A DNA stretch of 64,000 bases from Desulfatiglandales bacterium (GCA_963662465.1 OY759599.1:1504001-1568000), one strand, 5' to 3'. Shown: positions 29,384 to 39,061, numbered from the stretch's first letter. Translations and numbers: made by a program. Notes: generated from the sequence alone by a model not told the origin.

Positions 29384-29471
29384 GACCACCGGATAGAGCC
29401 GGAAGCCACACACACGCCAATTTTATATAAGTGTGTTTCCGGCCAATTGCAAGGCCGGAATGATGGGAGAT

Positions 29472-31392
29472 CAGGGTGAATTTATTCTTCCGAATTATCC
29501 AAATAAAATATAAAAGTTGCGCTACATTATGGACAGAAACCCTCGGATGGTGTATATACTGTGACAGGCACCAAACCAATTCGGGGTTTAAATTCTTGAA
29601 CGTTAAGCAAGTCCGCATTCAAATAGTCCGCCCGCTTGAAGAACAACGCTTTCAGCATCTGATGCAGTCGCATCATTATTTGGGCGCTCTTCCCAAGATC
29701 AGCGAAACCCTCTGGTATACAGCTAGACTAAATAGTGAGTGGATTGCGCTTGTCAGTTTTTCTGCTCCCGCTTTGAAATGTACACCAAGGGACAGCTGGA
29801 TCGGATGGAATTTTCGCCATCAATACGATCGACTGAAACTGGTAACCAATAACAGTCGTTTTCTAATTTTGCCCGAATGGCATATTCCGAATCTCGCATC
29901 CCGTATCCTTTCATTATGTCGGAAGCGAATGCAGGCTGATTGGCAGGAGCGTTTCGGGCATCCGGTTGTACTCCTGGAAACCTTTGTGGACCCAAAGCAA
30001 TTCCACGGAACCGTATATCGAGCGTCTAATTGGATATATGTTGGTAAAACAAAGGGTTTTCATCGAACTCGCCAAGGCTACAGCGATAAAGCGGATTCAC
30101 CGAAAATGGTTTTTCTTAAACCATTGGTTTCCAATGTTCAAGCACTGTTATCCCGACCTGTTCTCAAAAAACCATATCTTACAGGAGGTTACAAAATCAT
30201 GCTCAGTGCGGAACATATGAAATCTCTACCCGACTTTTTTGCTCAAATTCCCGACCCGCGTCGATCCCAGGGACGACGTCACAGGCTCTCCACTGTTCTG
30301 GCCATTGCCACCGCCGCAACACTGTGCGGAATGCGCGGTTATCTGGCGATATCCGATTGGGTAAATGGTCTTGGACAAAAAGCCCTTGAGCGTTTCCGTT
30401 GCCGATATGAAAATAAGCGCTATGTAGCTCCCAGTCAGTCTACTATCCGTGATGTTCTGGTTCGCGTTGACCCCACAGAACTCGACAAAGCTCTCCAGCG
30501 TTGGAATCTGCTTTACGGTGAACAGGACGAAAGCTTGGCCATCGATGGAAAAACCATGTGTAATGCCATCGATGAACAAGGTTATCAGACTCACATCATG
30601 AGTGCTGTCGGCCATCAAACTAAGACCTGTTACACCCAAAAAAAGTCGGTTCTCTCCCTGTAGAAGGCAAAGACGAACTCAAGCGAACCAATGAAATCAA
30701 AACGGCTGCCCCTTTACTGGACGCGATCGATATCGAAGGCAAAGTCATTTCAGCTGACGCACTGCTAACCCAAAGGACTTTTGCTAAATATTTGGTCGAG
30801 CAACGCAACGCCCATTACCATTTCATCGCCAAAAACAACCAGCCCACATTACTTCAAGACATTTCCCTGTATTTTGAGGGCTGCAACGATCCTGATTTCA
30901 TACAACACGATGCTCCCGATCATGGTCGCATCGAAGTGCGCAAAATATGGACGACTACCGAACTTAACCTATACCTGGATTTCCCGTATGTCGGCCAGGC
31001 TTTTATGATCCAGAGAGAAGTTACAAACAAGAAAACCGGTAAATGCACAGTTGAGGTTGCTTACGGCATAACGAGTCAATCACCTGATCAGGCGAATCCC
31101 GAACGTGTACTTTCTATCAATCGCGGTCACTGGAGCATTGAAAACGAGTGCCATTACATCATCGACTGGAACTACGACGAAGATCGAAGCCGAATAAGAA
31201 CCGGCAATGGTCCTGAAAACATGACCAGGCTGCGTAGATTCGCGGTGGGCGTCATTAAGGCGAAAGGCGTTCGCAGTGTAGCCCAGAAAATGCGCCAGCT
31301 CACGCAGAACGTAAGGGGTGTCTTCGACTATCTCAAGATGACCAAAAATTCAGTGCCCCAAGCGTGATACCTGTTAGAACAAATTTACCGTG
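29472..31392 (+). mobile_element. ISAs1-family element nested in the IS21 element
   Basis: Ends CAGGGTGAATTT / AAATTTACCGTG (10/12 inverted match); exact 10-bp duplication GATGGGAGAT at 29462-29471 and 31393-31402. Confidence 0.93.
29476..31367 (+). CDS. ISAs1 DDE transposase with N-terminal DUF4338-like domain, -1 frameshift at 30638-30645
   Basis: 'HHYLG..NNSRFLILP..NLASRIL..LETFVD..GTVYRASNW' (DUF4338); 'PDPRR', 'AIDGKT'; -1 frame gives 'TNEIK..ADALLTQ..RGHWSIEN'; true start probably TTG near 29596. Confidence 0.85.
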
Positions 31393-31393
31393 G

Positions 31394-31807
31394 ATGGGAG
31401 ATGTCCTTTTAAGAGTGGTTCAATGCCGATGTTGTGGTTGCTTTTTTCACGTCTGTCGGTCGTGTTGGCGTGGCCAGGCCTATTGTGGGGAACGATGTCG
31501 CAGGATACGCCAAAGACAGCTGCACCGGAAAGCTCAGGGGAAATACCGCAATTCGAAAAAAGGGAAAGAGCGCCGTCGTTTGTACGAAAAAACAAAAAAA
31601 TCCAAAAAAAATGGACTGAACCCTGGTGATGATAGTTCAACACCTCAAAAAGACTGTGATATTGAACCCAAAAAGCGGTCGGGGAACCGACCCAGCTGTC
31701 TTTTTTGCGGGTCGATCGGGGTTGTTGTGGACCATTTTCCTCGCCGTGCTTATGCAGGGAGGGTTTTTTCAGATGTAACAGGCTTTGAGAAAACCCCATA
31801 TCCATGA
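31394..31807 (+). CDS. Cys-rich basic accessory protein of the IS21 element
   Basis: MGDVLL start lies in the duplicated target; CRCC..CRSC..YCGERC and CLFC motifs. Confidence 0.7.
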   Translation: MGDVLLRVVQCRCCGCFFHVCRSCWRGQAYCGERCRRIRQRQLHRKAQGKYRNSKKGKERRRLYEKTKKSKKNGLNPGDDSSTPQKDCDIEPKKRSGNRPSCLFCGSIGVVVDHFPRRAYAGRVFSDVTGFEKTPYP

Positions 31808-31819
31808 CAGGAGAAAAAA

Positions 31820-32239
31820 ATGATCAAAAAAAGAGTCCTTTTTCCCGAAAGAGTGCGTGTCATCAATGGAAGCTTCGGCTTTCTGGAGCATCGTTTTTTG
31901 AGAAACGGCTTTTGGGAGAGCCTGAATCATCATGAGCTGCTGCTCTACATTTTTCTGGTGTTGGTATCTGACAAAAACGGGCTCTCTTATTATGGTTACG
32001 ACAGAATCTGCCGGATTTTAAAGGTGCATTTGGATCAATATATCGATGCCCGCGATGGCTTGTTGGACAAGGATCTGATTGGGTTTGATGGCCGTCTGTT
32101 TCAGGTTCTTTCGCTTCCCAGACGTCCTGTGATTGTGAAACAGGTAAAGGAGATCCGGCAAGGAAATTGGGTCAGTCTTGGAGAAACCATAGAGGAAATC
32201 TTTCGGGAGACTGGGTATGGAATCCATCCGAACCGTTGA
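31820..32239 (+). CDS. Accessory protein, winged-helix-like
   Basis: AGGAG RBS; 'ELLLYIFLVLVSDKNGLSYYGYDRICRIL..YIDARDGL..DLI'. Confidence 0.7.
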   Translation: MIKKRVLFPERVRVINGSFGFLEHRFLRNGFWESLNHHELLLYIFLVLVSDKNGLSYYGYDRICRILKVHLDQYIDARDGLLDKDLIGFDGRLFQVLSLPRRPVIVKQVKEIRQGNWVSLGETIEEIFRETGYGIHPNR

Positions 32240-33101
32240 TATTCATTTGCTGGAGTTGCGTTACGCTCATTGCCGGATAATGAATCACCAGGCTTTAAAG
32301 CGATTGAGGGATTCCATCGAAACTTACGGGCAGATCGTTCCGGCCCTGGCTATTGAAGAAAAAGACAAACTGATTCTGATTGATGGCTACCTGCGTGTTC
32401 GAGCGCTTTGTGCTTGTGGAAAGGACCGGATATGTGTCCAATTCTCAAAAGAAAACGAACAAAATGCCATGTTTTCGCTTTTAACCAAGGCCAATGAACG
32501 GCAATGGGAAGTCATTGAGCAGTCTGTTTTACTTCAGGAATTACATCGGCGTTTTGGGTGCAGCCTCTCCCATATTGCAACCCGAATAGGGCGCGACAAG
32601 AGTTTTGTAAAACGGCGGCTGGACCTGGTTGAAGCCCTGCCGGAAAATATTTTGAGAACCGTGATTGCAGGCTCACTTTCAACCTGGGCTGCCAGCCGTG
32701 TCATGGCGCCGTTGGCGCGCGCCAACGGTGAAGACGCACAAAAACTGTTGGCCCACCTGGAAAAAGAACCTCTATCCACAAGGGAACTGGCCCGTTTCTA
32801 CGCACATTACCAGAAAAGCAACCGGTCTGTTCGAGACCACATGCTGGAAAATCCATCCCTTTTCATAAAAGTTCTCGAACAAAGAACCCAGTCTAAACAA
32901 GCCAAAGAAGTTCATGATGGACCGGAAGGCAAATGGTTCAAGGATATTGAAATGGCATATGCGGTTCTCAAACGTCTGGTGAAAACCGTTTCGCATGTCC
33001 ATTACCCAAAAAGCGATCAGTTGAAGAAACAAACGCTCAAAACCTGGGTGAAAAAGATAGAAAAACAAGCACTGGAACTCAAGAAAGCGACCCAATTATG
33101 A
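32217..33101 (+). CDS. ParB/Srx N-terminal domain protein with HTH
   Basis: 'LRDSIETYGQIVP', 'LIDGYLRVRA', HTH 'SHIATRIGRDKSFVKRRL'. Confidence 0.85.
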   Translation: MESIRTVDIHLLELRYAHCRIMNHQALKRLRDSIETYGQIVPALAIEEKDKLILIDGYLRVRALCACGKDRICVQFSKENEQNAMFSLLTKANERQWEVIEQSVLLQELHRRFGCSLSHIATRIGRDKSFVKRRLDLVEALPENILRTVIAGSLSTWAASRVMAPLARANGEDAQKLLAHLEKEPLSTRELARFYAHYQKSNRSVRDHMLENPSLFIKVLEQRTQSKQAKEVHDGPEGKWFKDIEMAYAVLKRLVKTVSHVHYPKSDQLKKQTLKTWVKKIEKQALELKKATQL

Positions 33102-34480
33102 TCCGACAATCCAAAAAAGATGCCATTGTGGAATTGAAAAAAACCGGCATGAGTTTGCGCGACATCGCCAAAACCCTGAAGGCCGGTCGCAATACCGTCA
33201 CGAAGGTTTTAGATGATCATGACGAAGAGGCGGTACCCCAAAGGAACTCCCGGTATGAAGAACATGTCCCGTTGATCCGCGAGCTTTTCAAGGAATGTAA
33301 AGGAAATGCCGTGCGAGTAGCCGAGGAACTGGAAAGCCGCCAACAGATCAAAATCCCTTATCAGAGTCTGACCTGGATTATGAGAAAGTACGAGATCCGG
33401 GAACGTAAAAAAAGACGGGCGGGCCAATACCATTTTAAACCCGGTCAGGAGATGCAGCATGATACGTCACCCCATCTGGTTGTCATTAATGGGAAAAAAA
33501 TGTCGACCCAGTGCGCGTCCCTGACCCTGGCCTTTTGCCGAAGGATTTTTATTCAGTATTACCCCTGTTTTACCCGGTTTGAGTGCAAGGTTTTCCTAAA
33601 AAAAGCATTCGAGTTTATGGACGGGGTGTGTTCCCGGTGCATGGTTGACAACACCAATGTTATTGTGGCCGGCGGCACCGGGCCTGATGCATTGATTGCG
33701 CCTGAAATGAAATACTTCGGCGATATGTATGGAACCCGGTTTGAGGCCCATGCTGTAGGAGACGCCAATCGAAGTGCTCGTGTGGAAAGGCCTTTTCATT
33801 TTGTGGAAAACAATTTTCTTCCCGGTAGAACATTTGTTAGCTGGCAGGATTTGAACCGGCAGGCAATCGACTGGTGCCGGAATACAAGCGATAAAAAGTT
33901 TAAACGGGCTTTAGGGATGACGCCGGATGAGGCCTATGTCATTGAAAAGCCATATCTCATTGATTTACCGGCATACCAGCCGCCAGTCTATGTGGCAGAA
34001 CACAGGGTAGCCGATGTTCAGGGATATGTGCACTTGGACACCAACCGCTATTCAGTCCCTGAAGCGCTGATTGGGAACTCCCTGGAAGTACAGAAACATT
34101 GGCTCAAGGTCATCGTTTACGACAAAAACACAAAAGTGGCGGAACATGACCGCATACTGGATAAACGCAACACCCGAACAACCCTGCCCGGTCACCATGT
34201 TCCCATTCGAAGAAAAAAAGATCCCCGAATCCCTTCAAAAGAAGAACAGCTGTTGACGGGAGAGGATGCCATCCTGGATGAGTATGTGGCTGAACTGAAG
34301 AAAAGAAGTCACGGTCGCGGTGTGGTCAAGTTACGTCGGTTGCTTCATCTGAAACGCACTTATCCCGGGGAACCTTTTTTGAAAGCCATAACACAGGCGC
34401 TTAAATATGGACTTTTTGATTTGTCGCGTCTGGAAAACATTATTCTCGATTATATCGCGGGAGACTTTTTTGATCTATGA
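33098..34480 (+). CDS. istA: IS21 transposase
   Basis: N-terminal HTH; 'PGQEMQHD', 'VDN', 'RVERPF' DDE; 'NRYSVP'. Confidence 0.93.
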   Translation: MIRQSKKDAIVELKKTGMSLRDIAKTLKAGRNTVTKVLDDHDEEAVPQRNSRYEEHVPLIRELFKECKGNAVRVAEELESRQQIKIPYQSLTWIMRKYEIRERKKRRAGQYHFKPGQEMQHDTSPHLVVINGKKMSTQCASLTLAFCRRIFIQYYPCFTRFECKVFLKKAFEFMDGVCSRCMVDNTNVIVAGGTGPDALIAPEMKYFGDMYGTRFEAHAVGDANRSARVERPFHFVENNFLPGRTFVSWQDLNRQAIDWCRNTSDKKFKRALGMTPDEAYVIEKPYLIDLPAYQPPVYVAEHRVADVQGYVHLDTNRYSVPEALIGNSLEVQKHWLKVIVYDKNTKVAEHDRILDKRNTRTTLPGHHVPIRRKKDPRIPSKEEQLLTGEDAILDEYVAELKKRSHGRGVVKLRRLLHLKRTYPGEPFLKAITQALKYGLFDLSRLENIILDYIAGDFFDL

Positions 34481-35196
34481 AAAAGAAAATTGAACAGTTA
34501 CTCATTGATTTGAAGTTTAAAGGCATGCTGAAGGCTCTCGAAGAACAGTTGGCTTCGGCTGAAAAGAACGGTTTTTCCATTCACGAGGTCATCTACAATC
34601 TCCTGGCTGAGGAATTACGTTTCCGGCAGGAGCGCAGCATGATCTATCGGGTCCAGATTGCAAAGCTTCCATGGGAATGGACCCTCAACTCCTTTCCGTT
34701 TGATCTTCAGCCGGGAATACAGAAGAGCCGGATCATGACGTTGTCCGGCCTTGACTTTATCAGCCGAAGAGAAAACATCGTGTTCCATGGAAAAACCGGC
34801 GTCGGCAAAACGGGATTGGCCGTGGGGATCCTTCGTCAAGCCATTATTGCCGGGTACCGGGGGCGTTTTTATAATGTTCAGGATTTGCTGGATCAGCTCT
34901 ATGCGTCTTTGGCAGATCGGTCCACCCCGAAACTCCTCAATGCCCTTTGCAGATATGACCTGCTTCTGCTCGATGAACTGGGATACCTGACCCTCAAAAA
35001 AGAGCAGATGAACGCCTTTTTTAAACTCATGAAAGATCGCTATGAAGCCGGTCGGTCCACAATTATTACGACCAATCTTCAACCTGAACAATGGTATTCG
35101 CTGCTTGAACCAAAGGACATGGTCGATGCCTTGCTGGATCGTCTCAACCATCGCTGCATCAACATTCATATTGATGGTCCTTCCCTCAGAAAATGA
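34477..35196 (+). CDS. istB: IS21 ATP-binding helper
   Basis: Walker A 'GKTGVGKT', 'LLDELGY', 'IITTN', 'LLDRL'. Confidence 0.95.
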   Translation: MKKKIEQLLIDLKFKGMLKALEEQLASAEKNGFSIHEVIYNLLAEELRFRQERSMIYRVQIAKLPWEWTLNSFPFDLQPGIQKSRIMTLSGLDFISRRENIVFHGKTGVGKTGLAVGILRQAIIAGYRGRFYNVQDLLDQLYASLADRSTPKLLNALCRYDLLLLDELGYLTLKKEQMNAFFKLMKDRYEAGRSTIITTNLQPEQWYSLLEPKDMVDALLDRLNHRCINIHIDGPSLRK

Positions 35197-35282
35197 GATG
35201 TTCGCCAAAGGGCCGGTTTTGAGGTCTGAATATCACCGGTCTGTTTGAATCTCGTTACACGAATATCAGAAATTACCTTGTC

Positions 35283-35492
35283 TTGGAGCTTGAAATGAGA
35301 GGTGGAAAACGGGTAGGCGCCGGCCGAAGAAAGAAACCGGAACATTTGAGACGTGAACTGCTCACCATTCGTCTCCCCAAATGGATGATTCTACAGCTGA
35401 AAAAAAACGGGGAAATTGGATATTTGATTGAGGATCAATTGGCGAAGGGAGGCCTCCTGAATTTACCGGACGACTATGACATAGACAAATAG
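35283..35492 (+). CDS. Small basic DNA-binding-like protein inside the IS21 right arm
   Basis: 'RGGKRVGAGRRKK..TIRLP' pattern of small ribbon-helix-helix-like proteins. Confidence 0.5.
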   Translation: MELEMRGGKRVGAGRRKKPEHLRRELLTIRLPKWMILQLKKNGEIGYLIEDQLAKGGLLNLPDDYDIDK

Positions 35493-35794
35493 TTCCTCAA
35501 TAAGCATTGCCCTTAACCGAAAAATCTAATCCCCTCTTCTCTGCCATCACCATATTGATGGTATCCTCATCACTGATTCTTCAACCAGAACGCTACGTGT
35601 CTCACCAGCATTTTTAAAATACCATCTGATATACTCTTTCATGCAACCTCTAACAAATTTACAAGAAAACCCTTCTAAAAGGAAAAGACCAGTGCGCAAT
35701 ATCTGGTTCCGTTTGGAGTAGCAAAACTGGTTCCATTTTGGTTAGCGCCCAAGAGTATGCCTTTCCAGTCTTCAAAGCCTTTGGTGGGAATGTA

Positions 35795-36177
35795 GAACGA
35801 CGATCCGGCTTACCGAGTCTATGCTTAAACCTTTAAAGGCGCAGAAAAAAATCCATGAACGATTCGAATGTGAATATTTTTTCTGCACTTCACAAGGCAG
35901 CCGGATTCACCCAAGCAACCTCCGGAAACGTGTTTGGCTACCTGCTCTGAAAAAGGCAGGGTGTGAGGTTCGAGAGATGAAACAGACCAGGCACAGTTTT
36001 GCCACGGTTGCGATAAGCTGTAGGGAAAATCCCCTCTGGGTTGCAAACGTCATGGAACACCGGAACACAGATATGATTATCAAAGTGTACAGCCGTTATG
36101 TCGAAGGTGAGAACGGTACGCAAGATGGAACGAACCTGGATAGAGCATTTCAGGCAGTATTAGGAAACGGTGGGTAG
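35795..36177 (+). pseudogene. C-terminal fragment of tyrosine integrase
   Basis: 'NLRKRVWLPALKKAG..KQTRHSFAT..NPLWVANVMEH..MIIKVY'; N-terminal part absent; adjacent to tRNA 3' end. Confidence 0.85.
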
Positions 36178-36197
36178 GGACGGGTAAAATGTATTTT

Positions 36198-36265
36198 TGG
36201 CAAAATTATGGCAAAAACATTGCCAAAAATTAAAAAAGGACTTAACCAAAACCAGTTAAGTCCTT
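36198..36265. other. att-arm-like repeats and hairpin between integrase and tRNA
   Basis: TGGCAAAA at 36198 and 36209, inverted TTGCCA at 36220; stem AAGGACTTAAC/GTTAAGTCCTT 36236-36265. Confidence 0.5.
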
Positions 36266-36273
36266 GAAATAAT

Positions 36274-36350
36274 TGGTGCGCCTGGCAGGACTCGAACCTG
36301 CGGCCTGCGGATTAGAAGTCCGCTGCTCTATCCAGCTGAGCTACAGGCGC
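36274..36350 (-). tRNA. tRNA-Arg(UCU)
   Basis: GCGCCTGTAGCTCAGCTGGATAGAGC-A-GCGGA-CTTCTAA-TCCGC-AGGCC-GCAGGTTCGAGTCCTGC-CAGGCGC-ACCA; 77 nt with encoded CCA. Confidence 0.98.
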
Positions 36351-36397
36351 AAAAAAATGCAATAATTTGTCAGATTGCAGATATTTGTGGGAAAGCA

Positions 36398-37741
36398 TTA
36401 CCGAATCTTTCCGTTGTGTCCATTCAATACTTCCCTGAGAACCACGTTGGTTTTTTCTTCCAACTGCCCGAAAATCTCAGCGACGGCCTTGAGACGGACA
36501 AGACTTTCCCTTGATTTTTCTTTGTGGGGAAGGTTGAAATGATGATTGTCTAATAAGTCTATCAGGCGATTCAGACGATGTAAACTAAAAACATCGTTAC
36601 CTTTGTAAAGAAGATCAACCCATTCCGCTCTTAAAGATTCGGGTAACTGGTCGCAGGCAGCCAGCAGCTCGGGGTCTCCACCCAGGTAAAGGGATTTTTT
36701 CAGCACTTCAATTTCCCCTTCTACCACTTTTACTTGCTTTTTGTCAATCTTTCCCTCTCGAATAAAAGTATCCCACTTGTCTTCGATCTTCATCCTCAAC
36801 CAGGTTTTGCCTTGTTCGGGGGAAGGATGGAGTTCAAGAAACCGGTTTTGCAGATGCATCAGGTCCTTTGCCATGTTCCCCTCTGAAATTTCGTCGGCAT
36901 TCCCCAGAAGATTGTTGAGGGTTTGAATAGCATTCCGGCGAATGTCTGCTTGATCCGAGCCCGCCATGAGGACTTTTTCCCACTGGTCCCTTAAAAAACC
37001 CAATTCCAATTTGATCAGGGAAAAAATCAAGCCGGATTTGGTGATGACATTTCGCAGGGAGTCAGCCAGAATGTTGCAGGAGTGAAGTCTGTCTTCAGCC
37101 AGGGCTCGGGTCGCTTTAAGGGACTGTTCTTTCAACTGGTATGAAAGAAGCTCCGTTCCCAGGGCGCGGGATAGCCTCTTGATGACTTTCGTCTCCGTCC
37201 CACCGATTTTGATGGAATAGGGCTGAAAGTGGATTTTGATAACCGCGGCGACACCGTAATCGCTTTTTTCCCAAATGGTTTCACCGGCATAGTTCTCCGG
37301 ATAGACTAACGGCTGGATTTTTCCGAGGTGCAAATCTTTTTTTCTGATCAGGACCGGTTCCATGTGATGAAAATCCGTCCAAACGCCTTCAACTTGCAGT
37401 CTGACGCTTCTGGCGTCGTCCCGGGGGTCTTCGGCGGTCCAGCTGGACTGCTTTTCCACACACCAAGCCATGGCTTCCAGCGGTCGACCGGGTTCATCGC
37501 GGTAGGCCAGCCACGGTTTTCCAGGGGGATTGTAATCTGATTCTTCGGGTAGACCCCACGAAATTTTTCTTCTTCCTTCGTCAATAATTCCCGATGCAAT
37601 CCGGGTCGTCACCATTTCAGGTAGAGCGCCGATTCGGTACACAGTCCCTTTAAAGGCATTGGGAAGACAGATCAAAATACTCTCAATGATCTCCTTGCAG
37701 GCATTTTCCAATGCTTCTTGCTCTATTTTGATGGCCAACAA
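36398..37741 (-). CDS. Hypothetical protein
   Basis: 447-aa intact ORF with GAGG RBS; no family recognised. Confidence 0.75.
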   Translation of the reverse strand: MLAIKIEQEALENACKEIIESILICLPNAFKGTVYRIGALPEMVTTRIASGIIDEGRRKISWGLPEESDYNPPGKPWLAYRDEPGRPLEAMAWCVEKQSSWTAEDPRDDARSVRLQVEGVWTDFHHMEPVLIRKKDLHLGKIQPLVYPENYAGETIWEKSDYGVAAVIKIHFQPYSIKIGGTETKVIKRLSRALGTELLSYQLKEQSLKATRALAEDRLHSCNILADSLRNVITKSGLIFSLIKLELGFLRDQWEKVLMAGSDQADIRRNAIQTLNNLLGNADEISEGNMAKDLMHLQNRFLELHPSPEQGKTWLRMKIEDKWDTFIREGKIDKKQVKVVEGEIEVLKKSLYLGGDPELLAACDQLPESLRAEWVDLLYKGNDVFSLHRLNRLIDLLDNHHFNLPHKEKSRESLVRLKAVAEIFGQLEEKTNVVLREVLNGHNGKIR

Positions 37742-37844
37742 CGATTTTTCCTCAAGTTAATGCCTTTTGTCGCCAAGTGGAAGCGAAATTTCCCCACTGT
37801 AGCGATTTTTAGAATTTTGTCAATAAATAATGGCCTTGACAATT

Positions 37845-38597
37845 TCAGACATCCATTCCTTTTTTCCGTTTTGCGGCCATTACCAGTTGAGATACAATAT
37901 CTCCGGCATTGCCTTGAAAGAATATATCCGTTACGGTATCCGTCAAATGTGTTCTTTCTTTATTAATTTCAATTATTTTAGCGCCATTGTGTTTGGCAAT
38001 GGATGGGATGGTGTTGACCGGGGAAACCACAGCGGAAGTTCCTACCACCAAAAGGGCCGCGGCAGAGGACGCCAGTTCAAAGGAACGGTTCATCGCCTTG
38101 TCGGGAATCGCTTCACCAAAAAAAATGACATCCGGTTTTAAAATTTCCCGGCATTCACATCTGGGAATGTTTTCGTCCCGTTTTTCCGTTGCCGGGTATT
38201 TTCTACCGCACCAGATACACGAAAAGGTACTGGAATTTCCGTGGTATTCAATAACGTTTTTTGAGCCCCCGGCTTGATGAAGATTGTCAATGTTCTGGGT
38301 GATGATGCAATGAAGACAACCCATATCCTCAAGCTCGCCCATTCCCAGGTGGGCCAAATTGGGTTTTGCCCGGCTTACGACCTTATCCATTTCCCTCAGC
38401 ATTTCCCATACTTTTTGAGGGTTGGCCCTGAAGGCCTGAATGGTGGCATATTCAGCCGGGTCAAACTTCGACCACAGTCCCTCGGCGCTCCTGAAATCCG
38501 GAATTCCGGACTCAACGGATACGCCTGCGCCGGTAAGGGCCAGGGTGAAGTTTGATTCCACAATGATGTCGGCCGCTTTTTCAAGCAGATCAATCAT
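37845..38597 (-). CDS. cobB: NAD-dependent protein deacylase (sirtuin)
   Basis: 'TGAGVSVESGIPDFR', 'TQNIDNLH', 'HG', 'KPDVIFFGE', 'VGTS'. Confidence 0.93.
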   Translation of the reverse strand: MIDLLEKAADIIVESNFTLALTGAGVSVESGIPDFRSAEGLWSKFDPAEYATIQAFRANPQKVWEMLREMDKVVSRAKPNLAHLGMGELEDMGCLHCIITQNIDNLHQAGGSKNVIEYHGNSSTFSCIWCGRKYPATEKRDENIPRCECREILKPDVIFFGEAIPDKAMNRSFELASSAAALLVVGTSAVVSPVNTIPSIAKHNGAKIIEINKERTHLTDTVTDIFFQGNAGDIVSQLVMAAKRKKGMDV

Positions 38598-38618
38598 GTT
38601 GAGACGCCTCTCTGGGAT

Positions 38619-38807
38619 TTAAATGGGTTCAAAAACAATCTTTCCTTCCCGGTTGTTATAGCGGGTAAGCTTTCCCCGGATGGTTTTTTGTTCCCCGAAA
38701 ATGTTGACCAGGCGTATTTCTTCACCCTCTAATTCAACTAAATCGACACTTTCCAGTATCTTTTCTTCCTTTTGGTTGCGCAACATGTAGGCATGGGCTT
38801 CACACAT
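38619..38807 (-). CDS. cooT: CooT family nickel-binding protein
   Basis: 'MCEAHAY..ILESVD..LVNIFGEQK'. Confidence 0.88.
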   Translation of the reverse strand: MCEAHAYMLRNQKEEKILESVDLVELEGEEIRLVNIFGEQKTIRGKLTRYNNREGKIVFEPI

Positions 38808-38863
38808 GATTCCCTCCCCCGTTTGCTGTAAATTCCCGGTTTAACCTGACGTCGTTTGAAAAA

Positions 38864-39061
38864 TTAAAGATTTTTCAGTGCATCACGAAGGCAGTCAGTG
38901 GATGCCACGCTTAATTCAACCATTTTTCTGATGGCTTTAGCGCTTTCGGTTTTCCCTGCATCCTCAAGCTGTTCCGCAAAGAGATTGTATTCTTCATGAT
39001 GATGGTCATTATGGGTGATCCAGTGCTCAAGCCTGATTTTTGATTTTTCAACAAATTCCAT
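38864..39061 (-). CDS. Small His-rich helical protein
   Basis: 'LEHWITHNDHHHEEY', AAGGAG RBS. Confidence 0.75.
   Translation of the reverse strand: MEFVEKSKIRLEHWITHNDHHHEEYNLFAEQLEDAGKTESAKAIRKMVELSVASTDCLRDALKNL

Larger units (their letters stand above)
29098..35753 (+). mobile_element. IS21-family element with accessory genes (about 4.7 kb without the nested ISAs1)
   Basis: 50-bp imperfect inverted repeats 29098-29147 / 35704-35753 (37/50 by hand count), each with two AAANNGAACCA units; istA-istB inside; no target duplication seen. Confidence 0.85.

Noticed and set aside
29476..30200. Druantia anti-phage system
   Set aside because: The DUF4338 domain is part of an IS transposase between IS ends; no DruE-like helicase or partners
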